DNA from: a virus
Lineage: Duplodnaviria > Caudoviricetes
DNA: 64,000 bases
Virus record (IMG/VR): IMGVR_UViG_2700988920_000001
Location: 1-64,000 of that record
Direction: 5' to 3' (one strand)
A program made the translations under genes and the position numbers. Below are positions 54,543-64,000 of the stretch, piece by piece; the first letter of the stretch is position 1; the number at the start of each line of letters is the position of its first letter. Below the pieces are notes generated by a model. The model worked only from the letters and a program-made list of their open reading frames with translations. It was not told the origin of the DNA and made no database searches.

Positions 54543-54793
54543 CCTTTATACGCCTCCGAGTCGTCGATAAAGAACCCCCCTGAGCTAGGAGTTAGTTTAA
54601 CCATACATCCGCGAACGAACAATGTGTCTGGGTGTTCTATCTTTGTTGGGTGTGTTGTGTAATCTACTCCGTTGAAATACGAGACGGTGATAGAAGTGTT
54701 TTGGTCTGGGACCACAGCAACTTCAGGTTTAGAAACGTTTGCACCAAAATTAAGGATCACTTCTTTCTCGTAACGTGGTACTGGTCTTTTCAT
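54539..54793 (-). CDS. hypothetical protein (moron-like)
   Basis: GAGGT RBS. Confidence 0.6.
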   Translation of the reverse strand: MKRPVPRYEKEVILNFGANVSKPEVAVVPDQNTSITVSYFNGVDYTTHPTKIEHPDTLFVRGCMVKLTPSSGGFFIDDSEAYKG

Positions 54794-54829
54794 TATTACC
54801 TCTTAAGCGCTGTGGATGTGCCTTTAATG

Positions 54830-54886
<57 letters not shown>

Positions 54887-54908
54887 CTAGTTTAGATCGC
54901 GCTCTTAC

Positions 54909-55868
54909 TTATGCGTCAGTCTTAGTCCAAGTGATAGTACGAGAAGGAGACTGAGTGTCAGCGTTGGCACGGAACGCCGCTTCAATCATGATGTCACTAT
55001 CAACACCACCGATCTGATCGTCGTAAGTAGTCGCTTTACAGTTCTTCATCACCGCTTTGTAGTTAGCACCGTCTGGTGCAGTAAGCGTAATGTCGATCTC
55101 AAACTTGTCGTTAGCTTTAAAGCCTTCGTAAATCTTACGGTTAGCGAAGTAAAGAGTCAGGTTAGCAACACAACTGAAACGACCAGAAGCGTTACCAGCA
55201 CCGTAGAACTTACCTACCGCAGCTTGGCGGCGTAGGTTGTTGTTCATCTCAAGCGAACCAGCTTGGACTTCAGTTTCGATAACTGTACCAGTCTTGTCTT
55301 TGACGACAATAGTAACTGAGTTAGTGTCGAACTGATTAGACATATCTGGGTCTGTGTAAGTTGCACCAGTCTTGCCCGTAGTGGCAGGGCCTTCAACTTC
55401 AACGCCCATGATGTTAACGCTAGCGCCAACGAATGTGTTTGCGTCAAACTGAAGCGTCATTGAGTTGAACTGAGCGTCTTTGTACCATTGGTAGTAGTCG
55501 CCGTCGCCAGCTTCGAAGAAACGCTCGAACGTGAAGTAGTGCTTTGTTGCGCCGTTATAGACGTCAGCACCAGTAGCCCAAGTAGTGCCAGAAGTCTGCA
55601 TAACACCCATCAAGAACGTATCGAACCAAGCGCCGTAACAAACTTCAACCGGAATATCGCCGCCTGAAGAGCCTGTCATGATCCGTGCGTTAGAGAACTG
55701 TCGGTCTGGACGCAGAACAGCAGAGTCAGCAGACTCTAATTGCTCGCTTACGCCAATAGACGTAACAGGGATATTCAAGAACCCTGGGGTCGCTGGCACC
55801 GTATTATTTTTTGACGGCTGTCGAATAATGGAGATTCGGGCCGTTGAAGTATCCGATAAAACAGTCAT
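54909..55868 (-). CDS. major tail tube protein
   Basis: SAVLRPDR, GGDI..E, FTFER, NNLRR; synteny; followed by a terminator. Confidence 0.8.
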   Translation of the reverse strand: MTVLSDTSTARISIIRQPSKNNTVPATPGFLNIPVTSIGVSEQLESADSAVLRPDRQFSNARIMTGSSGGDIPVEVCYGAWFDTFLMGVMQTSGTTWATGADVYNGATKHYFTFERFFEAGDGDYYQWYKDAQFNSMTLQFDANTFVGASVNIMGVEVEGPATTGKTGATYTDPDMSNQFDTNSVTIVVKDKTGTVIETEVQAGSLEMNNNLRRQAAVGKFYGAGNASGRFSCVANLTLYFANRKIYEGFKANDKFEIDITLTAPDGANYKAVMKNCKATTYDDQIGGVDSDIMIEAAFRANADTQSPSRTITWTKTDA

Positions 55869-55888
55869 TGGTTTTCTCCGTCAATGAG

Positions 55889-56329
55889 TTATGGGTTTAC
55901 AGTATGCTCAAATGATACTTGTAAAACCTTAGTATTCCAACCGCCTAATTTGTAGTCTGATAGTTTTCTTACATCACGAAGAAGCGTATCGCCTACTCTG
56001 GTAGAGTGGAAATTGTCGTAAACAAAATCGGACAACTTCGCTCCACCAGTATTGGCCTGACCTTTTGGCGCGTACAACGTAAGGATGATACTGCCATAGA
56101 TTCTAGAAGCGCCTTTGCCTACGACAAGTTTACGCTTCTGATCGTCCTCAACAGAGAACGAGATGAAAGGGTATTCTTGATCGAAAGCATCTACTAGGTT
56201 AGAGACGTTGAAGTCGTCATTAACTAAATCGCCTGTATCTTCGACACAGACACGAACATGCTCTTGATTGGCTTTGCTTATAATTGCCTGTTCAATCACA
56301 CTTTTTATTTTAAGAAACTCACCAGCCAT
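55889..56329 (-). CDS. tail terminator-like protein
   Basis: synteny; G.IILTLYAPKGQ. Confidence 0.55.
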   Translation of the reverse strand: MAGEFLKIKSVIEQAIISKANQEHVRVCVEDTGDLVNDDFNVSNLVDAFDQEYPFISFSVEDDQKRKLVVGKGASRIYGSIILTLYAPKGQANTGGAKLSDFVYDNFHSTRVGDTLLRDVRKLSDYKLGGWNTKVLQVSFEHTVNP

Positions 56330-56900
56330 ACAACTCTCCTGCGCCGAATGTGGTCTTAGCGTGTCGTTTCCAATTTACATTAGGGCCACCGTTAAACCAA
56401 GCATTGAACGCGTCTTCTGCTGCCATTTGAGCAGATGGCCTCCAAATGTGCCCGGCCACAGCTTCATCTAGTTGAGCGTTTATCGCGTAGTAACCTTTGA
56501 TAGGGTTAACTAACGATACTTGAGTGATGGTTACTGTTCCCCACAACGCCCTATCTAATTCGTTAGCGTCATCGGTTAAACGCTTCAGTATGGTGCGTAT
56601 GATGTCTGATGTTTTACCCTCGCGAGTGCGCTGGTCACCTTCGTTACCGACTGGTGGTCTACCCTTCTGAAACAGAACAGGCGGCATAGACCCGTTAACC
56701 GAAATACGCCAGTTGTAAGCAGCGTTAGAAGAGTCGTGCATCATTGCGCCGCCTAAGTTCTCAGACTGCATGACAGTAGAGTGAGCGCGAGTGACAGCGG
56801 CTTGAAGACAAACTTTAGGCCCTTGTCTTAACCAGTTAGCCATTTTCTCAAGTTCTTTTCTGTTTTTACTGTCAAAGCTGCGCTGATCGAACTTAGCCAT
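56319..56900 (-). CDS. neck/tail completion protein
   Basis: synteny; HDSSNAAYNW. Confidence 0.5.
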   Translation of the reverse strand: MAKFDQRSFDSKNRKELEKMANWLRQGPKVCLQAAVTRAHSTVMQSENLGGAMMHDSSNAAYNWRISVNGSMPPVLFQKGRPPVGNEGDQRTREGKTSDIIRTILKRLTDDANELDRALWGTVTITQVSLVNPIKGYYAINAQLDEAVAGHIWRPSAQMAAEDAFNAWFNGGPNVNWKRHAKTTFGAGELYGW

Positions 56901-56901
56901 A

Positions 56902-57879
56902 TCACGCCTCCAACGTTGCTGCTATTTGAGGCTTGCTGATACGGCTTATGGTTGCTTGCAGATCTGGACTACGTTTATTGCTGCGTACGCGGTCAATTCG
57001 CCAAGTCTTACCGTTCTTGTCTTCTATGATGAGTCCGGCACGGAATTTTGAGCTGAATCGATGCTGCGCTTTGATATAGATAACCTTTTGGTTGTCTATA
57101 CCTGGGTAGCGACCTTCGTTAATGTCTCCGTCATACTCGCCTTCTGAAGCTGAGAACGGTGACACCTTAGCGTTAGTCATAAAGTCCCAAACACCGGATA
57201 CAGGATCGTAAGCAGTAACAGGCTCGATTAGCTTGTAATCTTCAATATTTTGACCTGTATCAATCAAAGTACCTGAAGCAAACCCTGAGTCGTAGAATAC
57301 TTGTCTGATGGCGTGCATCTTGCCGTTGTATTCGAACTCGCACAGTTCATTTGCTTCGTCCAATAGTGAAGGTGCAGCATAGAAAGCCATCCGACTAGAT
57401 TGTTCTCTATCACTGTACTTCTCGTTACTTGACGAAAGGTACTCGACGGCAATGTAAAACTTGCCAATAGACTTAGACACTAGAAGCATGTCATCGACGT
57501 TCTGAGGATCGGCAGGAGCCCACTTGATAACGTCTGTGTGCGCACTTGACTCGTTAGATACCGAGTGGACTACGTTCATTCTCTCGTAAACTTCTACCGC
57601 GTCTGTGTCTGTTCTACCTTGGCCTATGATGTACACTTCTTGCGTCAAGTGGTGACGAATTACCATGCTGGCTGGAAGCGTGTCGGCTGGTTTGGTGAAC
57701 AGCATTCTACGCTGTAGCGGCTTGTGAAAGTTTGGCAAGAAGCGGTCTACCACATCAAGCCTAGCGTACAGGGAAGGTGACACTTCAAAGGTGCCGTCAG
57801 CTTTAAGTATGCAAAACGGCTCAACTTTGTCTGCGTCTGCTGATTTAGATAGGCGTGCACCTCTTTGCTCTCTTTCCAC
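56902..57879 (-). CDS. head-tail joining protein
   Basis: synteny. Confidence 0.45.
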   Translation of the reverse strand: MEREQRGARLSKSADADKVEPFCILKADGTFEVSPSLYARLDVVDRFLPNFHKPLQRRMLFTKPADTLPASMVIRHHLTQEVYIIGQGRTDTDAVEVYERMNVVHSVSNESSAHTDVIKWAPADPQNVDDMLLVSKSIGKFYIAVEYLSSSNEKYSDREQSSRMAFYAAPSLLDEANELCEFEYNGKMHAIRQVFYDSGFASGTLIDTGQNIEDYKLIEPVTAYDPVSGVWDFMTNAKVSPFSASEGEYDGDINEGRYPGIDNQKVIYIKAQHRFSSKFRAGLIIEDKNGKTWRIDRVRSNKRSPDLQATISRISKPQIAATLEA

Positions 57880-57887
57880 TTTAGCAC

Positions 57888-58367
57888 CTACTGTCTAACG
57901 TTATCGAATCCAGGTTTAGAAATACCGAATATGGCCGTACCTTGCGTGGTTTCTGTTACAGGGGTGAGCGGAGTATCAATACCTAGAGCGGTACTCTTCG
58001 CCTTAGCCATCTCATCCTTCCAATCCTCAAGAACTTCTTCCCAATTTATGTTGAATCGGCTGTCAGCGTTCTCTCCGTCGCCAATTTTCTGGAAAAACGA
58101 CAAACGGCCTGACAGGGCAAGCTTGTAACAAAGGAAGTATTTTCCGTAGGCTTTAATAGCAATCTGCTGCATGGTGACTTCTTGTGTACCGGAAGTGTCG
58201 TTTAGCAGGTCCATCACTTTAGGGAACCAACCGAAGTAGTCTAGAAGCAACTCGTCATACAACCCTGAGTTCTTGATGCGTTCGTCTGCGATGTCAGTAT
58301 TATCGACACCGAGCTGGGTTTTAACCATGCTCGGTGTGATCACTGACGATAAGTCAGGTAATGCCAT
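57888..58367 (-). CDS. head-tail adaptor
   Basis: VKTQLGV; synteny. Confidence 0.5.
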   Translation of the reverse strand: MALPDLSSVITPSMVKTQLGVDNTDIADERIKNSGLYDELLLDYFGWFPKVMDLLNDTSGTQEVTMQQIAIKAYGKYFLCYKLALSGRLSFFQKIGDGENADSRFNINWEEVLEDWKDEMAKAKSTALGIDTPLTPVTETTQGTAIFGISKPGFDNVRQ

Positions 58368-58368
58368 A

Positions 58369-58845
58369 TTAGCCTTCTTTCACTTGTAGAATACCAGCTT
58401 CAATTTGGCTGATTGTCCAGGCGTCAACAATGACTTCTTTGTAATCAGAGGTGATCTTGGTGTGGTCAAACGGGTTAACCATATAACCAGCCTTGTCGCT
58501 CGCACGAACTTCTAAGGTCTTAGGCCAAACTTTCTCAGCAGGACTAAGTTCTTCATCCTTAACGACGTCTTCACCACCTTCGGTAGGTGTAGGTCCTTCG
58601 TCTGGATTAGAGTCTTCTTGCTGTTCAGCTTCGCCTTCATCGACTTGGCTTTTGGCCAAGAATTCTTTGAACTTGGTTTCTAGTGTTGCTTTTTCTACTG
58701 ATAGTTCCGCCTTCTTCTGAATAAGATCAGCTTCTTCATCGCTGTCAGCGTCTACGTCAAGTAGTTGCTGCTCTAAATCGACAAGTTGATCGTTGATCTC
58801 TTCGATTGCGTCTTGAAAGCCTTTCTCTGAACGTGGTGTACCCAT
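58369..58845 (-). CDS. acidic coiled-coil hypothetical protein
   Basis: AGGAG RBS before MGTPRSEK. Confidence 0.65.
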   Translation of the reverse strand: MGTPRSEKGFQDAIEEINDQLVDLEQQLLDVDADSDEEADLIQKKAELSVEKATLETKFKEFLAKSQVDEGEAEQQEDSNPDEGPTPTEGGEDVVKDEELSPAEKVWPKTLEVRASDKAGYMVNPFDHTKITSDYKEVIVDAWTISQIEAGILQVKEG

Positions 58846-58902
58846 GGTATAGCTCCTGTTGGTTAAATAGGTGTTGTCACTATAGAATTGTACTCTACAA
58901 CG

Positions 58903-58934
58903 AAAAAAGCCGATAGTACATACTATCGGCTTTT
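58903..58934 (-). terminator. terminator after major capsid gene
   Basis: AAAAGCCGATAGTA-ca-TACTATCGGCTTTT. Confidence 0.8.
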
Positions 58935-58952
58935 CCAACTTAGGCGAAAGTG

Positions 58953-60197
58953 TTAAGCGCCAACGTTTACAAGCTCAAAGGCCTCGTCATAGAGACGTGT
59001 CACGTGCTGACCGTAGTCCATACGCAAGGCTTGAGCACGGCGTAGAACGAAACGCTCTACAGCCTCATATGACGCGAACACGTTCACAACTTTACGAAGA
59101 GCAAAGCGTGTGTCTAGGAATAGAGACATGTCCGCACCAACAATCGCGTCGTCAATCAACAGAACTGGCACGTTGCCTAGCATGAAGTTAACAGGACGCA
59201 TTTGAGTGTTAAGACGACCGTCAGTGCCGTCATCTTGAGTCACGACAGGGCGACCAGAACGTTCTTGGTACTTCAAGTACGTGTCTAGACCCATGATTGC
59301 TGCGTTTAGGCTGCGTTTTTGGTATTCAGAGTGCAGAATCTTCAAGAACGCTTTCTGAGTTACACCGTTACCGCCGCCAGCAGAGCTATCAAACGAAGAG
59401 ATGTTCTTCGCTGTTAGCGCAGTCATGCCGTTGTCTTTGTCACCCATGATGATGGCTTTGATATCGCCTTCAACCATACGGATACGTTCACCACGAGTCT
59501 GAGCCTCTACCGCAGTAGCTACTAGATCTAGGGAAGCGTATTGAGCAGCTTCGTCAGTGATACGAATACCAATTGACTTGGTTGCGATACGGCGTGAGGT
59601 GTCAGACGCTGTGATGCTTAGCATTACTTGAGGCTCGTCATCTTGGCCGATTGGCATAGATTTAGAGTCTTCTGGTCCTGTCACATTGATGATCGGTTGA
59701 ATGTAGTGAGCGCCAGCGATTGACTCGTTTACAGCGATCATCGAGTTGAAGCCTTGTTCAACGTCTGAGTTGTCACGTTGAAGTGATGAACGAATACGGT
59801 CCATCAAGATTTCAGGGTAGAACATACGACCAGCTACCGAACCATCGTTACCGCCAGGGGCTACGATGCTGCCAGGACCGTTAGAAGTAGCGTCAAGACC
59901 CATAGCGCCTGGGGCCATGCCAGCGAATACTTGCGCCATAGAAGGCGATACGATACCACGGCTTGCGTCTGCTTTAGGGTAGATACCTACAGACTGACAT
60001 ACTTGATCAAAAGGTTGACCGTAAGTGTGGTCAGCGCCTTCTTTGCTTAGCTTGGCATTTACGTGTTGGCGTAAAGAAATGCCAGACTTCGCAGCAGCTT
60101 TATAGTCGCTCAAGTTAAGCTCAGCTTCTTTCATCTGAGCTTGACCGTTAGCGCCTTGCTGCATAAAACGAACTTTTACGTTATTTTGTTCACTCAT
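58953..60197 (-). CDS. major capsid protein
   Basis: 414 aa; after protease and decoration genes; strong codon bias; followed by a terminator. Confidence 0.8.
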   Translation of the reverse strand: MSEQNNVKVRFMQQGANGQAQMKEAELNLSDYKAAAKSGISLRQHVNAKLSKEGADHTYGQPFDQVCQSVGIYPKADASRGIVSPSMAQVFAGMAPGAMGLDATSNGPGSIVAPGGNDGSVAGRMFYPEILMDRIRSSLQRDNSDVEQGFNSMIAVNESIAGAHYIQPIINVTGPEDSKSMPIGQDDEPQVMLSITASDTSRRIATKSIGIRITDEAAQYASLDLVATAVEAQTRGERIRMVEGDIKAIIMGDKDNGMTALTAKNISSFDSSAGGGNGVTQKAFLKILHSEYQKRSLNAAIMGLDTYLKYQERSGRPVVTQDDGTDGRLNTQMRPVNFMLGNVPVLLIDDAIVGADMSLFLDTRFALRKVVNVFASYEAVERFVLRRAQALRMDYGQHVTRLYDEAFELVNVGA

Positions 60198-60243
60198 TTT
60201 CTCTATCCCTTCAATAAGTTGCTGAGCAAGTCTAACGGTTTAG

Positions 60244-60705
60244 TTAGATACGTTCAATGATAACTTTACAGTTAGCTGCAGTCTTGTCACCAAGGATTTC
60301 GTAAATGCGCCAGCGGCTCTTAGTCGCAGCTTGATCGGCAGCAACTTTTACAAGGCCTTTGATGTACGGATCAGCTACTCCGACTTTGTCGCCTAACGCA
60401 GCTTGAGCTTCAGCGACTACAAGGCTACCAACTGCCGCAGTGTTAGCAGTTTTAACCGCTACAGCAAGGCGAAGACCTTTCTTAACCGTACCGAACGGGA
60501 AGCCGTCGTTAACAGTAAACTCGCGGAAAGACTCGATCTGACCGTCGATCAGGTCGTCAGCGCCACAAAGCTCAAAAGATTTCTCTGCCAGCTTAACAAG
60601 CTTACCCAGATCGCCCATACCGACTTGATTGTCGGCAACGCCGATAGCTTCACCGTCTTTAACGTCATTTACGCCAACTTTAAGGCCGCGTTTGAATTCA
60701 GTCAT
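60244..60705 (-). CDS. head decoration/cement protein
   Basis: DLGKLVKL..IDGQI; between protease and capsid. Confidence 0.6.
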   Translation of the reverse strand: MTEFKRGLKVGVNDVKDGEAIGVADNQVGMGDLGKLVKLAEKSFELCGADDLIDGQIESFREFTVNDGFPFGTVKKGLRLAVAVKTANTAAVGSLVVAEAQAALGDKVGVADPYIKGLVKVAADQAATKSRWRIYEILGDKTAANCKVIIERI

Positions 60706-60720
60706 GAGATTAACCCCTAA

Positions 60721-62196
60721 TTATGATGGTTTATGGATTGTGCAGAACGTATTGTCTACATTTGCGGCCGAGTCACGGTTTTCAACGTTAGCCTGCGACT
60801 TTGGTCCACCAATGCTGAAAGTTTCAGAGAACATAGTATTGCTTTTCTCGTACATTTTAGCAAGAGAAGCTGCTGACAGCTCACTTGTGTCAGTAGGTGC
60901 TTGACCTAGAGCCACTTGAAGGCGTTCGATTGATGCTTGAGCGATTGGTTTTAGCGATGCTATAGCGCCTTCAGCAGCAGCAAGCTTAGTTTCCAATTGA
61001 ACAATTTTGTCTTCTAACTTGACGTTAGTGCTTGTTAGTTCGGTAACTTTAGCGAACATTTCAGAGAAACCAGCAGACGCTTCAGCCGCAGGAACTACAG
61101 CAGCAGCTTCTTCAGTCTGTTCTGTGTTTTCAGTTTCTTCTGTAGTTTCGGTGGTTTCTTCAGTTTCAGTCTCTTCAGACTCTTCCTGTTCTTCCACTTC
61201 TTCTGCTTTAACCTTTGCGCCTAGAGCAGCCGCAGCGAGTGCTGTTTCGTCTAGCACAGCTTTCTTCTTACCTTTAAGCATTTCATCACCATTACTTAGT
61301 TCAGTGGTTGAGTTTTCGGCAGCAGAAAACTGTGCCTGACCATTACTATTATCATAATTAGATGATAAGTTGGCAACAACCTTATCAAATGTTTGAATTT
61401 CGTCAATAAGGCCGAGCTGTAAACTTTCTTCTGCGAAGAAGGTTTTACCTTCTGCCCACACATCTTTTGACGCCGCAGACAATTGTGTACGACCACGTAC
61501 CATCGCGTCAATGAAAAATCCGTACAGTTTCTCAGCTTTTGACTCCGCTTCTTTGATCGCTTCTTCGCTGATAGGTTCAGCAGGGTTGCCGAGTGCTTTA
61601 TATTTACCAGCACGAACCACTTTAAGATCGATGCCCATCTTTTTGTACATTTCGCTGTAAGAAGCCATGGTAATGATCACACCGACAGACCCTTGCTCAG
61701 AAACTTTGTTAGCCGTGATTTTGCGTGCTGAAGAAGCCAACCACATGCCAGCAGAAAAAGTGAACATCGAAGTGTGCGCTTCGATAGGCTTAACGTTGCG
61801 GTCAATGTTTACCAAGAACTCTGACAAGTCACTGATACCGTGGGCAGAACCACCGCCAGTATTGATCTCCATCAAGATACTTGAAATCTCTTCGTCCATA
61901 GCCAGAGAGTGAGCCGCGTCGCGAATCTCATCATAAGACACTACGCCAAAGAAGCGATTCCAGAAGCTGTACTGGTTACTTAGCGATCCGTTGACGTGAA
62001 TGATACCAACATTACCTTCAACCTGAATAAGGTGTTTACCGATGCCAGCATGTTTGTCATCTTCATCGTCGTCATCGTCTACGCCGAAAAACGCTTTCGC
62101 GTCTTTGGTTGGGCTTTCCAAGAACGCGCTAAGCTTCATGATGCGCTCAAGGCTGTCTTGAGTTCCCAACCACATGTTATTTAAAGTCAATTTCAT
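60721..62196 (-). CDS. S49 head maturation protease with C-terminal scaffold
   Basis: INTGGG, SAGMWLAS, GSVGV, AGKYKA, GLIDEI; acidic/coiled C-terminus. Confidence 0.88.
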   Translation of the reverse strand: MKLTLNNMWLGTQDSLERIMKLSAFLESPTKDAKAFFGVDDDDDEDDKHAGIGKHLIQVEGNVGIIHVNGSLSNQYSFWNRFFGVVSYDEIRDAAHSLAMDEEISSILMEINTGGGSAHGISDLSEFLVNIDRNVKPIEAHTSMFTFSAGMWLASSARKITANKVSEQGSVGVIITMASYSEMYKKMGIDLKVVRAGKYKALGNPAEPISEEAIKEAESKAEKLYGFFIDAMVRGRTQLSAASKDVWAEGKTFFAEESLQLGLIDEIQTFDKVVANLSSNYDNSNGQAQFSAAENSTTELSNGDEMLKGKKKAVLDETALAAAALGAKVKAEEVEEQEESEETETEETTETTEETENTEQTEEAAAVVPAAEASAGFSEMFAKVTELTSTNVKLEDKIVQLETKLAAAEGAIASLKPIAQASIERLQVALGQAPTDTSELSAASLAKMYEKSNTMFSETFSIGGPKSQANVENRDSAANVDNTFCTIHKPS

Positions 62197-62206
62197 TTGT
62201 CGTCAC

Positions 62207-63655
62207 CTATTGAGAATCGCCGCCAGCCTTGCTAGGCGTGCCAGGGGTAAGAGTCTGTTCCATGCCGCCTGTATTATCTGGTTCACCGTTGTAAGTATTT
62301 GATTCACTTTTATCTAGGAATCTTGTACCAGAAAGTTTAGGCATCTCAGCTCGGTAAGGTCGGCCAAGGTCTAAACAGGCTTGTTCGTCAGAGATAATAC
62401 CAAGAGAAAGCTGGTTTAGTATACGCTGTTGACGAGTCATCTTATACGCTTCACGCTCGCTGTCAGGGCGAAGCTCAATCGGGTCCATGACAAACTTAAC
62501 GTAACCTTTGACGCCTAGAAGACGTGTAGCCAGAGTCAAAGCACGACTCATTACGTCACAAACAGGTCCTTGAATAGCTTTGGCGATCTTCAAGTAGATA
62601 AGCGTCTCAGAGTTTGCCAACGACTGAGAACCTTCGCTTCGAATACCGAGAATAGACGGAGGCGCTTTTAGTGAGGTGGCCTGCATGTTACTTACCTGTT
62701 GAAGCAGCGGCACGTAATCAGCTTTCTGTCCGCCGATGTCAGCGACGTCAACGTCCATACTGTCGTAAACCACCACACCATCTTCAGGACGTAACTCTGA
62801 CACAGCACGTTGTACTTGGCTCTGTACGTCTGTCATGTACGCCATCATTTTAGACTCATCGTCACGCACTTCTTCAGAGGCTGACGCACGTACCTTGTCA
62901 GAATTTAAGGTAACCACTAGTCGACTGTGACCAGAGCGGAACACTACGCGACGCATGTCGTCAATGAAATCGTTGTTCTGGAAGGTGTCGATCAGAGATG
63001 ACTTATACATAGGAGTCGCGTAAGTTTCGTTAGCACCTAAGTTAAGTTCACTGATAAAGAAGTTGGCAATATCAAGCTCAATGTCGTTACCGCCACCTGC
63101 TGAAGGTTTTTGCTTAGGGAAGACCATTCCGTCATCCTTCTGCACGTACGTCAGAGTTTCGTAAGCAACAGACTGAAGACGATCAGGAAGGCCAGACTTA
63201 TCAAGCACAAGCTCAGCCGCCACCGCACCAGACACGGCAGCTTCGCGCAAAGACGTCTCAACAAATTGACGTACAGTAGGCTTCTTGTTGAATTTCTTGG
63301 TGTAGTCGTTCAACGTGTCCATGCGTGCGATAATTTGGTTGGCTACGTTAGTCACATCCTGACTAAATTCGCCTGTTACACTGTCATATCCTACTGCGCG
63401 AAAGTTAGTAAGCGCCAAATGCACAATAGAGAACACAGCATTACTGGTGTATCGCTCATCGGTAGCCAAACGACGTATCGCTTTTACTACGTCCGTCTCC
63501 TGACGGATATCACCGATCTGTAGCGTTCGGTTTTGTTCAGTAGGTCGACGAATGTCTTGACCTGGATTGACGTTCCCTTGAGGCGGTGCAGAGACAACTT
63601 TAGTGTTGACTTTTCTAGGTAGCACCGCGTCAATGGAGTTAGGTGTTTTTGCCAT
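62207..63655 (-). CDS. portal protein
   Basis: 482 aa upstream of protease; LKAPPSILG, LSLGIISDEQA. Confidence 0.78.
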   Translation of the reverse strand: MAKTPNSIDAVLPRKVNTKVVSAPPQGNVNPGQDIRRPTEQNRTLQIGDIRQETDVVKAIRRLATDERYTSNAVFSIVHLALTNFRAVGYDSVTGEFSQDVTNVANQIIARMDTLNDYTKKFNKKPTVRQFVETSLREAAVSGAVAAELVLDKSGLPDRLQSVAYETLTYVQKDDGMVFPKQKPSAGGGNDIELDIANFFISELNLGANETYATPMYKSSLIDTFQNNDFIDDMRRVVFRSGHSRLVVTLNSDKVRASASEEVRDDESKMMAYMTDVQSQVQRAVSELRPEDGVVVYDSMDVDVADIGGQKADYVPLLQQVSNMQATSLKAPPSILGIRSEGSQSLANSETLIYLKIAKAIQGPVCDVMSRALTLATRLLGVKGYVKFVMDPIELRPDSEREAYKMTRQQRILNQLSLGIISDEQACLDLGRPYRAEMPKLSGTRFLDKSESNTYNGEPDNTGGMEQTLTPGTPSKAGGDSQ

Positions 63656-63728
63656 GGACGGTTTCTCCTGTGATAGCTTAAGAGTAGTATGCTATTTTAA
63701 CGACGTGAATTCTATAGGAGACGCAATA

Positions 63729-64000
63729 ATGTCTGCACCCGACACAGAAAATGAAGTCTTTAAACTCAACCCAATCGCCCAAGGCTTCCTAGATAGGCTT
63801 ATCTTAGCCCTAGATACAGAGGCCGCTTACGGCAACATGACTAACTGGATCGAGAAAAACACCATGCTAGAAGGGCGTGCGTTCTCGTTCAAAGATCACG
63901 AATTTCAGATTGACATCATAAACGACACTAGCCGTCGTGTCGTGGTGAGAAAATGTTCACAGGTGGGTTTGTCAGAGTGTTCTGCCCGTTTGGCGATTGG
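63729..64000 (+). CDS. terminase large subunit (GpA-like), 5' part, runs off window
   Basis: AGGAG RBS; FSFKDHEFQIDIIND..VVVRKCSQVGLSE. Confidence 0.78.
   Translation, partial: MSAPDTENEVFKLNPIAQGFLDRLILALDTEAAYGNMTNWIEKNTMLEGRAFSFKDHEFQIDIINDTSRRVVVRKCSQVGLSECSARLAI

Noticed and set aside
54701-54715. TTGGTCTGGGACCAC as a further palindrome copy
   Set aside because: Two mismatches and inside a CDS; may be chance

Overview
This is a 64 kb segment of a tailed dsDNA phage with siphovirus-type structural genes (tape measure, tail tube, frameshifted tail chaperones). The host is probably a Vibrio, inferred from the AphA-like and RdgC-like genes. About 0.1-42.7 kb (+ strand) carries early, replication and accessory genes: ATP-dependent ligase, RdgC, DEDD exonuclease, macrodomain protein, three DNA methyltransferases, SF1B and SNF2 helicases, AEP primase-helicase, a PolI-like polymerase, resolvase, SbcD/SbcC, dNMP kinase, MazG, GroES and an M15 endolysin. 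Fibre-like and exported-protein cassettes are interspersed among them. About 42.8-63.7 kb (- strand) is the head-tail module, and a GpA-like terminase starts divergently at 63729. The most striking unexplained signal is the 15-bp palindrome TTGGTCTNAGACCAA. I found 11 perfect and 2 single-mismatch copies, all in the early/replication arm and mostly just upstream of start codons, often combined with RNA hairpins and a conserved CCWRTAAGGAC RBS. The same arm encodes apparent homologues of host global regulators: AphA-like (strong), tandem CsrA-like and RMF-like (tentative). All calls were made by eye from motifs and no searches were run.
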